From positions 114,267,056-114,327,953 of the forward strand of contig NC_068982.1 of assembly GCF_001194135.2 (NCBI RefSeq): a stretch of DNA of 60,898 nt. Reading direction: 5' to 3'. The notes under the pieces were generated by a model. It saw only the letters and a program-made list of their open reading frames with translations. It was not told where the DNA came from and ran no database searches. The stretch comes from Octopus bimaculoides (lineage: Eukaryota). A program made the translations under genes and the position numbers. Below are positions 1 through 13,240 of this stretch, one piece after another. The first letter of the stretch is position 1; each line of letters begins with the position of its first letter.

Positions 1-1889
1 GCCACACAGTGGACTTCTCAAAATAACCACATTTAGTACCTAATGCGAGGAAAAAACAACCAACAGAAGACTACCAACTTTCTTTTAAATAGACTTAATT
101 GTGTATCGACCGATTTCGCGATTACTAGAATGAATCTAGATTTCGTTCATCAGCACAATATTGTCCCAAAAATATATATAAAGAAACAGAATTCTCACCT
201 CACCAAAAACGAACAACTACGTATCCGACAGAGTAAAGGGAGTGAAGTTTATCTGTATACATCTTCATCAAAGAAGCGGGAAATACTTCCGGGTTGTTTT
301 TGGGTACCCATGTGGAGACAGGAATAAAAAATTCAACATTGAATGTATTCCGTGTATATATTTGATAAGTAAATTCAAAAAAGAATAAGTTAACAACATA
401 GACGACTTGTTTCTGTTTAGTCAGAACGAACGCGACATAAGGGTCGAAATACTGCCGCTACAAATAAATCGAAACGTGTCAAAACAAATGAGTAATGCTG
501 CTGTTTGGAGTGACGTTGATATTTATTTAGCTGTACTGTGGTACCTACCACCTATTTACAGCCACCTAGACTGGGCAATCTGAAAAGTTGTCTGTTTTAA
601 CCACGGGCGCAGTCTAGCTCAGATGCTAAGGCATCAAACCTTCCTGTCTCTCAGCAAGTTATCCAGCGTCATGCCTACTCGGCTTTCCAGTTTTAATAAA
701 TAATTGTCTGCCATTGTTACATTTACTACCACGATCAACGAACCGATGAAAGTGTCTATTTTGACGTTCAGTCTGCTAGAAACAGCAGCCATTTTTCTCA
801 AATCGCACACTATTTTCTTGAAACAGAAAGGCCACTCTGGATTATGCAATCCTAGATACTTTATTCCTCGGGAACCACAATAATAACGACTGGAAGATTT
901 TGATCACACGTCTTCTTGATCAGGTGGACTGGGAACGAGACGACAACATCCCACTTACATGTATTGTTACAATTACAATGTTTTTACTACTATTAGTACT
1001 ACTTATGATGATTTCTCTTAATAATACCATTACAATCACTATTGAGACAGTTAAAAAGAAAGATAAGCAACGCTATAGAAGAGCAAATAATGAATTTTTT
1101 TTTAAATCGTATAACTGAAATAAACACAACATATATTTTCTTTAGAATCTGTGGGAAAAAAAGACCAAAAACAAGGATGCTGGACAGCTTCTTCCAGAAA
1201 ATATGAAATATCGATATATTTAAAAGAAATATATGCTGCATTGTAGCTACATTTACAATGAATGGCATTGATCGTTCTTAGCAATAGCAAGATTATAAAG
1301 CAATAATAATCGGCATGAAAATAATTCGAGTAAACGTCACAAATTTGTGGTTATATTTTACAATTGATTCATCGCAAAAAATATTCCAGACATATTTCTA
1401 TGTTCACCGTTAGATAAAAATAACAATGGTAACACTGATTAATGACTATCCATTTGCATTTTAAACTTAGAAGGCTTGAAGATTGAGTCAACATTTAATT
1501 GGAATGAGATATCCTAGAATAAATGGACTTAAGGCTAAAAATTGAACAATTTTCAATTCCCTGAATATGTACTTAAAATTTTCAGTCCTTTGTGTCTTGA
1601 ACGATATGTTTCAAGCTTATGAAGTGATAAATGTTATACTACTCTTACTTCTTGACGTGTGCACATTGTATGTCAAAGTGATTAGTGGTAGTCTTTATTT
1701 CATAAAATGCTTTGTAATATTTCGTTGCCATGTCTTTAAACAATCTGAGTTCAAAATCCATCCTTCATCATTTCAGGATCGATAGAAATAGCCACCAATC
1801 ATATAATGGGGGCTATTTAAACGACTGTTCTGTTCTCAAAAAAGTGTGGAATTGTTAGAATATTGTTAGAAATCATAGGTATGAAGGTT

Positions 1890-1933
<44 letters not shown>

Positions 1934-4092
1934 CAAATTAGATTCATTCAAACTAGATGTTACCATTAACTCGAAATAATATTTTGGTTGTTTTAGTTTT
2001 TCATTTATCAGGAGCATAGAGTAAATCATTTTAGTGGACACACTGTTCCACTTATCGAATATCATAACTGGTTGCTTAAAGAATATCTCGACTGAGTATT
2101 GCAGCTGTAGTTCGTTCAAGATTCTATCAAGTACAATATATTCAATGAGAACTGGTTGAACATAGCGGAGCTAAACACACGTTGATTGTTTCCTTTTTCT
2201 TTGTATTTTTTTTTTGTTGTAGTTCATAGAATGTCTTCTGTCCTGATGACTATACCAAACTTCCTAGGAACTGCATTGAGAATCGGTACCAAAAATTATG
2301 GCAAAGATGTTCATTTTGCTTGAAGAACGCAAAACTGCCAACTCTTCTGAGGTACTGTTCCATCTTCAGAGAGTCATGTTTTCTGGCAAGATTCTTGGAA
2401 TGCTGCTGTCACCTGAAGCAATTGGCTTGAAATCTTGGAATGAGATTTAACCATAAATATTTTGCAGGAGTTTATTTAGCCTTAGTCATATCTTCAAAGA
2501 GTGTAAGGTTTCAAGTACTATAGAAAAATAGAAAATTGCATTTTCGTTGTTTCACATTTATAATTTATTTACATTAAATACTCTACCACTATCAACAATA
2601 CCGGGAAATAATCATTTTTCACGCAAAATTTAAAAACAGTAAATATTGGAACAATATTCTTTTGAAATATAGTCTTTTGAAAATCGCTAGGGTACAGTTT
2701 CAAATGCAACTGAAGAAAGAAAATATAATTTATTCCCCTATTGATTCACTTTTAAACTCGTTTACAGCAAACGTTATATTAGGCATTGGGTTTTATGAAT
2801 CGTGCTGTTAATTTCTATATTTTAAAAAATAATATATTTAGACATGATTAATGAAGCATAAAACTCGAACATCTTAGATATACATAAGCAAATTTAAATG
2901 TGAATCGTTGTAGGAATAGAGTATTTTCTAACTTCCATGGTATTTGAAGCCTTATACGAACTTCCAAGGATACCATTTTTAAATGTAAAATTCGATATCG
3001 TTACAAATGTATATTGTGTGTGTGAGTGTGAATATGTGTATTTAGTTTTTATATGCTGTGAGTGTGTATATGTGTATTTAGTTTTTATATGCTGTGAATA
3101 TAATACTAGATAAAACTGTTCTTGTTTTCTTTAAATACATAGGAAGCTACTTATTGTGATCACTTTCGATTGTAATAAGATTGCTAATAATATCCATGGT
3201 TTTAATATGCGTCTTCCACTTTGTCAAGGTATCTGAAATATTCAGCTTCCAGTTGTTTCTAAAGCTGCTTTGTGTGGGATTTCGCCAGATAGAAAAAAAT
3301 GCACTCTTCTTTAAATCTCTCTCTACTGTCTCGAGAAAGGGAAGAGCACATTAGTTAATTGTAGTCCTAGATAGCCATTTAAAAAGCAACAGCTTTGAGC
3401 ATAGTTTTATTCTATCATGGCTAACATAGGATTAAACAAATACAATAACAATACGAATGAAAACAAAATAATAACAGCAGTAGCATCAATGAAAGCAACA
3501 ACCACAGCCACAATAACATATGTTATTATTGTCGATAAGTCTCATGAAGCTAACGAATTAGTTATATGCTTTATACCTGCTAATATCTCTTCTCACTATA
3601 CTAAATATCTTACATGTAAGAATTAATGACGCATCTGCTTAACAATTTAGTATGGCAAATACTCAGACATGTGCTGGAATTTGTACTTCTGAAGCAGACA
3701 ACTCAGTCATTACCACTACTACTGTCACTGCTGCCACTACCGATGATGATGTTGGTTTTGTTGCTACATTTTTTCTTACCTTTAATTAATTCTAGTATAT
3801 AAAAACAACTTGTCTCTGAATTTCCGCAACGATCTTTTCCCATTAATTCCGTCATACTTTGTTGAAAGTGCATATTTCTAAAATGTTATTCTTGTTGCTT
3901 AGAATCTTGTCAGCTCTAAGTAGTTCTATGACCAAACGCAATGACCATGACATCTGTGTCTTTTTCCTTTCCATTCTTAAACTTTGTTTTCCAAGGGGAT
4001 AGGATTTGATCTGTGACTAATTTGGCTGCGATGTCTAAAGACAGTTTATCAAGGTCAAATTTTATGAAAGACAAATTCTCCCTTATCTTCTC

Positions 4093-4134
<42 letters not shown>

Positions 4135-4152
4135 CTCTCCCTCTCTCTTCTT

Positions 4153-4368
4153 GTAATATTGGTTTCAAATTTTGGCACAAGGCCTGCAACTTGGGGAAGA
4201 TGGTACATCTATTACATCAACCTCGGTGCTCAGCTCTTGTTTATTTTATCGACCCCGAAAGGATAAAAGGTAAAGTCGACATTAACGAAATTTGAAATCC
4301 GTACGTAACGACGAACGAAATACCGCTAACCATTTTGACGACGTGCAAACAATTATGCCAGCTCACCA
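4153..4368 (-). mobile_element. tRNA-derived SINE family A
   Basis: rc matches ggtgagctggcagaatcgttagcacg...ctgagttcaaattccgccgaggtcgac...cctttcggggtcgataaa, seen many times in this window. A partial copy lies at ~4520-4630. Confidence 0.75.
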
Positions 4369-5107
4369 CCTTGTTGTTGATGATGATGATGATGATGATG
4401 ATGAGGATGATAATGATGACGATGATTATGATGATGGTGGTGGTGGTGGTGATGGTGATGATATTTTTATCATTCATACAAATGCAGATATTTTAGGTCT
4501 TCATCTAGACAAGTAAATCGAACACAGTATTTGATTGGTTCTTTATTTTATCGACCTACAAGTATGAACAGTAAAGAAGACCTCAGTGGAATTGAACTTA
4601 CGCAAGACATTTAATCTGGTACTTACCGAATCCGTCAAAGAATAATATTCCAACATTTAAATGTACTTCAAGCGTGAGAGAAGTATTTTTATATGTTAGA
4701 GAATACAATCAGATACCACCCACCCCTAGATTTTCATTCTCATTCCTTGCATATACTGCAACATCATAGGACTGTATCCTTGGCTACTAATATCTGTCTA
4801 ATATATTTTTATGTTACTGAACATTTGTCAAAGCAAATAAAAGCAATTTTCCATACTCGTATTCCTGAAATAACAGATTTATTAAACACAACACACAGAA
4901 TACTCGGGAAATAAATTTTCTTGTAAGCTACAAACTGAAACTAGTGAATATTAAAGTTTAAAACAATGAAAGCTAGATTTTGAAAGTAACATTTTTTTCT
5001 GCTATACCAAGATTATATATATNNNNNNNNNNNNNNNNNNNNNNNNNNNNNNNNNNNNNNNNNNNNNNNNNNNNNNNNNNNNNNNNNNNNNNNNNNNNNN
5101 NNNNNNN

Positions 5108-5140
<33 letters not shown>

Positions 5141-5769
5141 CATATATATGTGCGTGTGTATGTGTGTGTTTGTGTTGTGTGAGATTGTGTATACACGCGG
5201 TCACAAAACATATATACATACATATGCATACTTGCATACATGCACATTCACATACATGTGTCTCTGTGCGCGTGCATTTAATGTCTAACATGTAGGGTTT
5301 TGTGTCTTCCTTCCTATCGATATATATGGTGAGACAGCTAAAAGTTCTAAATATTAATGATTCTCATTAGGTAAGATATAATGTTTATTGCTATGAACAG
5401 TTTTTTCTAGTCACATTATAAAAGAGTGATACATAAAAGTTGTCTTTCTGGTTTTTACATGAAAGAGTGCATACGCTTAACGATTCTTTCACTTGAAGTC
5501 TTTTACTGAGAGTTCCATGTAATTCCTGAAACAACTTACTGTGTTCTTAATGAAAAGATATAATTTTTCCAGTTTTACCATCACTACATTTCTATTAGTT
5601 CATTTCCATTACGCACCATCCGGTAGAGAGCGAGCAGCCCTATAAGTCACTGCCCTAAAACGATTAAATCTGCTCAGTGGGGCAGTATACTGATTTGGGC
5701 AGTTGAAGGTGAGTACGTGAGATAGGGGATCCGTACATGCAGGTGTTTATATGTATATGATGTAGAAGA

Positions 5770-6080
5770 CGGGTAGCTTAGTAGTTAGGGTATTCGGGTC
5801 ATGATCGCAAGGTCCGGAGTCAGATTTCTGGTGGTGCGTTGTGTCCTTGAGCAAGACACTTTATTTCACAAGCTCCAGTCTACTCAGCCGGCAAATTAAG
5901 TTGCACCTGTAACTCAAAGGACCAGCTTTGTCACATTCTGCATCAAACCGAATCTCCTGAGAACTATGTTAAGGGTACGTGTGTTTCTGGAGTGCTCAGC
6001 CACGTTAACTTCACGGGTGGGCTCTTCTGTTGATTGGATCAACTGAAACTATAGTCATCTTAAACGACAAAGACCCAGTT
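5770..6080 (+). mobile_element. older tRNA-derived SINE (family C tail, CORE/V-like core)
   Basis: tagcttagtagttagggtattcgg...gcgttgtgtccttgagcaagacactttatttcac...cctgtaactcaaagg...gagaactatgttaagggtac. Confidence 0.75.
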
Positions 6081-6501
6081 TTTTCGTACGATGTAAGTCT
6101 GCTAAATAATGAATGCGACCGTTTCTTGTTAACGAGTTTGCAAAGTGAAAATGACATTCTAGCTCACCCAATGACCTGCTACTTTTACCACAGCTATCAC
6201 AAAATTAATTCTTCTTAGATACATGCTATACAGAATCATGCTATTTGACAATGTCACACACGTGTGTCTTTTCATACCACCAATAGAAAGACAATATTTA
6301 TTACATTATCGACAGATGAGTCCTCATTCAATAGACCAAAACATGTTATTAACTTGCTGTGATTCGCATACTTTTCGGTGGCTACTTAAACCAATTTTAG
6401 ACGAAAAACTCGTTTACAAGCTGAATATTTGCAAGGATTAATAATCATAGAATCTCAATAATACTTGCATCAAATTCTTCGTGCTTTATTCGATTGTTTT
6501 C

Positions 6502-6563
<62 letters not shown>

Positions 6564-7484
6564 NNNNNNNNNNNNNNNNNNNNNNNNNNNNNNNNNNNNN
6601 NNNNNNNNNNNNNNNNNNNNNNNNNNNNNNNNNNNNNNNNNNNNNNNNNNNNNNNNNNNNNNNNNNNNNNNNNNNNNNNNNNNNNNNNNNNNNNNNNNNN
6701 NNNNNNNNNNNNNNNNNNNNNNNNNNNNNNNNNNNNNNNNNNNNNNNNNNNNNNNNNNNNNNNNNNNNNNNNNNNNNNNNNNNNNNNNNNNNNNNNNNNN
6801 NNNNNNNNNNNNNNNNNNNNNNNNNNNNNNNNNNNNNNNNNNNNNNNNNNNNNNNNNNNNNNNNNNNNNNNNNNNNNNNNNNNNNNNNNNNNNNNNNNNN
6901 NNNNNNNNNNNNNNNNNNNNNNNNNNNNNNNNNNNNNNNNNNNNNNNNNNNNNNNNNNNNNNNNNNNNNNNNNNNNNNNNNNNNNNNNNNNNNNNNNNNN
7001 NNNNNNNNNNNNNNNNNNNNNNNNNNNNNNNNNNNNNNNNNNNNNNNNNNNNNNNNNNNNNNNNNNNNNNNNNNNNNNNNNNNNNNNNNNNNNNNNNNNN
7101 NNNNNNNNNNNNNNNNNNNNNNNNNNNNNNNNNNNNNNNNNNNNNNNNNNNNNNNNNNNNNNNNNNNNNNNNNNNNNNNNNNNNNNNNNNNNNNNNNNNN
7201 NNNNNNNNNNNNNNNNNNNNNNNNNNNNNNNNNNNNNNNNNNNNNNNNNNNNNNNNNNNNNNNNNNNNNNNNNNNNNNNNNNNNNNNNNNNNNNNNNNNN
7301 NNNNNNNNNNNNNNNNNNNNNNNNNNNNNNNNNNNNNNNNNNNNNNNNNNNNNNNNNNNNNNNNNNNNNNNNNNNNNNNNNNNNNNNNNNNNNNNNNNNN
7401 NNNNNNNNNNNNNNNNNNNNNNNNNNNNNNNNNNNNNNNAGGTTTATATTCCTATAAACTGTGTTAATTCTGTAACCCTTTAAA

Positions 7485-7870
7485 ATGGAAGATAAGAAAG
7501 TTCATTTTCGGCACTTGATACTTTTCTTTTTCCGTAAAGGGAAAAATGCCTCACAAACAACCAAAGAAATATGCGCAGTTTACGGTGATGTTTCTTTATC
7601 CAAAAGAACTGTACGGAAGTGGTTCGCAATTTTCCGAGCTGGAGATTGTAGCCTTATTGATAAAGACAGATCAGGCAGACCATCCACTACAGATGATAAT
7701 CAAATCAAGTTGTTAACCCACATTGCACAACCCGAGAATTGGCAGAAAGCCTCAACCTATCAAAATCCGTCGTTCATGAGCACCTGGTAAAGCCTGGGGA
7801 CACAAATCGCTACGATGGTTGGGTACCACATGAGTTGAGTGAAAAGAACCTTTTAGATCGCATTTCCATC
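7485..7870 (+). mobile_element. mariner transposase 5' fragment (HTH domain to WVPHEL), frameshifted, truncated
   Basis: ORF MEDKKVHFRHLILFFFRKGKNASQTTKEICAVYGD...RTVRKWFAIFRAGDCSLIDKDRSGRP is the Mos1/SETMAR-type HTH. A shifted frame gives DGWVPHELSEKNLLDRISI (tgggtaccacatgagttg, ~7817). Similarity stops abruptly at ~7870. Confidence 0.85.
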
Positions 7871-9135
7871 CGTTGCTGACGTTGTCGATATGGCACAATG
7901 AACTGGCGGTGTTATCGCCGTGGTTATCGTTTCTGGTCATACGGTTGGCGATGTAGCTGCTGGCAGGTGGTAACATATGGTGCGGGGCCGGTCATCCCAT
8001 CGGTGTGAATGATAATTGTTTGGTCATTGATNNNNNNNNNNNNNNNNNNNNNNNNNNNNNNNNNNNNNNNNNNNNNNNNNNNNNNNNNNNNNNNNNNNNN
8101 NNNNNNNNNNNNNNNNNNNNNNNNNNNNNNNNNNNNNNNNNNNNNNNNNNNNNNNGGTGGCGGTGCTGGTGGTGGTGGTGGTGGTAATGGTACTGAGGAC
8201 GCCGGATACCTCACCTGTGCCGCTGGTCCTGGATTGATCATCATCTGTAGGTGTGCCGATTGTACTGGTGGTAAAATGGTGCGGGGCTGGTCACCCTGTC
8301 GGTGTGGATGATAGTGGTTTGTTTATCATCTGTAGCGGTGGTACTGGATCATCGGTTACCTCCTCTGTAGCGCCGGTCTCGGACTGGTCATCATCTCTCA
8401 CTGTGGCATGAGACCTGATTAATCTGTTATTATTGCTGTTAGATGATACATATGCTGGTAATGCGGATAGCAAGTTTGGGTGTCACCGTAGCTTCATAGA
8501 TGACTCCTTCGGCCTCGCATCGGTCTCCTACTGGACAGTTACTGTATACCCGGCAAGAGGAACCTGCTTTGCATTGTGGGTGCTTCTTAGAATGTTTTTT
8601 TATGTTAGGTGCACAAATAAGGAGACTCTTAGGTTGTGCCTGTTGAATAACTGCCTGTATCTATGTGGGGGGGGGGGTAAAAAGTCTTGACGGAGAGCGA
8701 GATGGGTGGAGCAAACCAAACGACGTTTCTGCGGAGCTTCCTTTTCCTGGTGCTGGGATCTGGCATGTTGGAGGTGCTGTCCTTAAGCCTACTCGATGAT
8801 AGTGTCTCGTTGTAGTAGGGGGCAGCGACGTCGAAGATACCTTGATTAGAGGATATATTCGAGATCCGCTTGCTTACATCCTTCACTTGGTTTTTGAAAA
8901 CTATAGGGGAATGGCAGGAGGCTGTGTTAATATAGGACAGCTTCTCGTTCGGCTTGTGACAGGGCCTGTATGTGCCAGAGCCCAGATCAAATACTTTGCT
9001 CTTACCATTCATATTGACTCTGAGAAGAGAACTCCACCACTGACACCTGTTGTGTTTGCATATAAAACGACTATAGACGCAAAGAAAACACCGCTGTAAT
9101 GAGGAAGGCTTTGTTTGGAAATGCATCCCATGACC
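7871..9135 (-). mobile_element. Penelope-like retroelement remnant: RT C-terminus, Cys linker, start of GIY-YIG, then low-complexity region
   Basis: Minus ORF 8629-9126 has DLGSGTYRPCHKPNEKLSYINTASCHSP...KRISNISSNQGIFDVAAPYYNETL...RKLRRNVVWFAPP. Following frames give FNRHNLRVS, KNILRS and CRVYSNCPVGDRCEAEGVIYEATVT. These are all typical PLE motifs. Confidence 0.8.
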
Positions 9136-9229
9136 ATTGAACCTAAATCAATTATCAAGTATATCAGTTATCATGCCAATTTACAATACAACATATGATC
9201 GATGCTGAAATTTATCCTGACTGGTGATC

Positions 9230-10250
9230 TTTTGAATTGGGTAGTACTGAGGAAACCTTTACTGGCTTCGACTTACTTGACATTGTTTTAACATAGAGTC
9301 ACTTTCCACCTGTCCCTTCAATATTTCCAATAATTCTTTCTTCAGGAAATGCTCCAAGTATCACTGCCAAAAAGCTAAGAAGCTAAACCTCAATGGCCAT
9401 TTCGATAGTTTCAGAAACGTAATAAATTTTCTAGATTGAACCCGAGAGATTATTTAAGAATTGTTGAGAGTTACAGATTAGCAATAATATAGGGACCTAA
9501 GATATAAATAACAAGATATTATTCTTTACTATGAAATTCGATCACTTGAACTTTCTTCAGGATACAAGTGATGGCATGTGCAGATAACTGACAGGTGTTG
9601 TTGCTTACAAAATTGAAAGCATCTGCACTGTATTACAGAACGAAAATATATGCAGCTAAATGGTATCGTATCCATGTCCACGATGTGTTGCAATATTTGT
9701 GATGAGATATTTAAAACACGAGCATTAGAGACATTATATGACTTGCAATTATGTAAGATAACATATCTGGTAAATTCGAACGTATGCTACATTGAATTTA
9801 GAATGTAAAAATCTTGAATAAAATATAGAGTAGATAATGTAAAGAAATCTTTTCAATCTGTGTTCAGCTTTAGAAGACAACCTTTTCCTTTTTTTATGCG
9901 GTTCTGTTTAACAAACGTATAATCATCAATGTAGTGAATAGGCATTGGAAATTATGTACAGAATATCTAACTAAAACTTGAATCTAATCACAACATAGTA
10001 GCAGTTATAATTCACTCTGGGTTCCAAGTGACCTGAGTATATAATTTTTGAAGGTAAGAAATGAAGTATTGTGTATAATTACGACCACTTGCTTTTAGTA
10101 AGCAATTATGGAAAGGTGGTTATTGAATGTAATTATTTGGGAGGCGCTGTTCTAGGTGACTATTAGGTATGGATTATTGTTTACAATAAATGTACGACAT
10201 TACATCAAAAATGTTGAGATGACTTAGACAATAGAATGTCCGGCTGAACT
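9230..10250 (+). mobile_element. highly decayed L1/Tx1-like reverse transcriptase
   Basis: Degenerate motifs occur in the expected order across frames: STEETFTGFDLLDIVL*SHFPP (about EKAFD..FL..VL...FP), LNGHFDSF, IQVMACADN (about AYADD), KITYLV (about KITYLG). Many stops. Confidence 0.45.
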
Positions 10251-11614
10251 TTTTAATGCAATCACTTTGTGTGTCAATACAGTTCATGGTCAATAGTATA
10301 GATATTTATTGCAACAAACAGGTCCAATTAAGATGATAATACCTTTTATTCTTATACCTAATTAAAAGAAATCAGACGGCTTACCAGATATATTTTGGAT
10401 AAAAAGATAACGATCTATTTGTCTCACGTAACACTCTGATAAACTATAAATTATTGAATTTTTCTTATTCAGAAAGATCGGGAGATCAATTTGAAAGACA
10501 TCAGGGGCAGTTGATTGAAAGATGTACATATCACGTCTTCCGAAAAATATTAGCAAGAATTGAACTTGGGTCACAGACTCGGTTTACTGGGAAACGAACG
10601 GGCCAATGAATGAGTGCCTATTTGGTCTCACGATCTGACAGAAATAGCAGCCTCGTTTCCCTCAAATGGCACACCACCATCTTAAAACGAGGATGATATA
10701 TTAGTTAATTTTGTCTAAATAATTTATTACAACAAACAGTTCGTTACAGTATGGTTACAGCTGCAATATATCTCTGGTCATTTGTCTATTCGATCAGAGC
10801 TGATCTGAGATTAAACAACAATTCCACACAAGGTATACCACTCATCTTCTGATACAAAACTGATCAATAGAGTATTGGTAACATTGGTTCTACTGTGAAG
10901 TTGGAAAATTTCTGATATCAGTGAGTGCTTCTCTGTGTTCTTTAATGATACCCGTTAATACCTCTCTCTTCATGCTGTTATCACTTTTATATTATAGTTG
11001 AGGTTCGTTACTACCCTATTTTACTTATAACTTATAACCGCCAACATTCTCTTCTATTCCGTTTCAAATATTTAACATTTTATTTCCTTTCTAGAATAGT
11101 AATAAATACCATATATATATTTTCTATTATCGATAGGTTTCAGCTTTCCTCGCAGATATATTGATTATGACAAAAAAAAAGAAAGAAAGAACTTGTTAGT
11201 ATTCTAGGTTCAGCTTCGGGAAAAAAATTAGGATTTATTTTTTTCTTTGACATATTTGATACATCTCATTTATCTGTATTGTACAAAGCCAAATTTAAAA
11301 CAACTTTATGAATAATTTAAGAGCCTATGTACATCTGTAAACTTTTTCGTCAGAGTAGTACAAACGAAATCTTCTGTTTATGAAATAATGAAATCGTCGT
11401 ATTTATGACAACATGTGATATATAAATATTTAAGTTGTTACATGAGAATGGAATTTCAGTTTGAATTAAGTTTAGGAAAATATCCCTTCTCAATTTTACA
11501 ACGTTTCCTTACAGTTTTGAAATATTACGTCTAGTTAGTTATGTTGCTATTATAGTCGTACAACAGACAAATCAATAGAAAATAATGCTTTGTAATATTT
11601 AGGTGACGTAAGAC

Positions 11615-11820
11615 TGTGAGCTGGCAGAATAGTTACCAAGCCGGCAAAAATGCATTTTGTCCGGCTTTACGTTCTGAGTTCTAATTCCACCGCGGTCGAT
11701 TTTTTCCTTTCATCCCTTCGGGTTCGATAAAATAAATTACCAATTCAGCCGAGCACTCGGGTCGATGTAATGGACTTACCCCTCCCCGAAATTGCTGGCC
11801 TTGTAATTTGAAATTAATAT
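11615..11820 (+). mobile_element. SINE family A
   Basis: tgagctggcagaatag...ctgagttctaattcc...cttcgggttcgataaa...ggccttgtaatttgaaattaat. Confidence 0.75.
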
Positions 11821-12614
11821 TTAGGTGACTGACGTTCCTCTTATTTTTAGTAAGTAGATGACGACTACGACGACGACAATGATAAAAATGGGGAACAATA
11901 TCAGTGAAAAGCTGTTGGATAGGATCCGAAAATTATATTCTTCGTTTTGTATATTGTTTAGACAGTGTGCATATTCACACCACCCATATACATATATATA
12001 TATATATATATANNNNNNNNNNNNNNNNNNNNNNNNNNNNNNNNNNNNNNNNNNNNNNNNNNNNNNNNNNNNNNNNNNNNNNNNNNNNNNNNNNNNNNNN
12101 NNNNNNNNNNNNNNNNNNNNNNNNNNNNNNNNNNNNNNNNNNNNNNNNNNNNNNNNNNNNNNNNNNNNNNNNNNNNNNNNNNNNNNNNNNNNNNNNNNNN
12201 NNNNNNNNNNNNNNNNNNNNNNNNNNNNNNNNNNNNNNNNNNNNNNNNNNNNNNNNNNNNNNNNNNNNNNNNNNNNNNNNNNNNNNNNNNNNNNNNNNNN
12301 NNNNNNNNNNNNNNNNNNNNNNNNNNNNNNNNNNNNNNNNNNNNNNNNNNNNNNNNNNNNNNNNNNNNNNNNNNNNNNNNNNNNNNNNAAACATCGATAA
12401 AATCAATGCCAGACTTAAAATAATTCTTGAGATCAATTCAATTGACTAAACACTTGAAGCGGATGTCCCAGCATGGCCGCAGTCTAATGTCTTAAACAAG
12501 TATAAGATAGAAGATAAAAGACATAGAATAATAGCACTTTCTTAGGATGTTTATAATTGATAAAAGAAATGTGTGAGTCTGTGTCATGCCCAGCCATACT
12601 TGTATCATTATTTA

Positions 12615-13240
12615 TTCTTCATTCGTCCGTCTTTATGTTGAGTTCAAATTCCGCCGAGGTCGACTTTGCCTTTCATCCTTTCGAGGTCGATAAATTAAGT
12701 ACCAATTGCGTACTGGGGTCGATCTAATTGTCTGGCTCCCTCCCCAAAATTCCGGGCCTTGTACCTAGAGTATAAAAGATTATTTATTCTTCACAAGGCA
12801 ACACAATTAACATGCCGGGTGAAATGCTTAGCGGTATTTCGTCTGTCCTTACGTTCAACTGACGCCGGAGTTGACTTCACCTTTCATCCTCTCGGGGATC
12901 GATAAAATAGGTAGCAGTCAAGCACTGGGGTCGGTCGATGTAATCGACTATCCCTCACCCCAAAATTTCTGGTTTTGTGCCTCCTATAGCAGAAAGGATT
13001 ATTTATTCTTCGTGTATAAGCGGTGAGCTGGCAGAATCGTTAACACGCCGGGCAATATGCTAAGAGTCATTTCATTCGTCTTTACGTTCTTAGTTCAAAT
13101 TCTACAGAGGTCATCTTTGCCTTTCATCCTTTCGGGGTCGATAAATTAAGTACCAATTGTATAATGGGGTCGATCGAATCGACGCGCTCTCTCCCCAAAA
13201 ATTTCAGGCCTTGTGCCTATAGTATAAAGGTTTATTTATG
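12615..13240 (+). mobile_element. three head-to-tail SINE family A copies
   Basis: cctttcatcc..gg.(a)tcgataaa..aagtacca recurs at ~12670, ~12880 and ~13125. A family B 3' end precedes them at ~12455-12520. Confidence 0.8.

Noticed and set aside
3021-3096. 36-bp tandem duplication
   Set aside because: Real but an ordinary slippage product in TG-rich DNA; the 15-bp duplication at ~47156 is similar.
8842-9099. 85-aa plus-strand ORF
   Set aside because: Antisense shadow of the minus-strand Penelope RT.
10385-10596. Possible minus-strand exon ending at G|GTAAGC
   Set aside because: All three frames have stops just after the candidate acceptor; no homology recognised.
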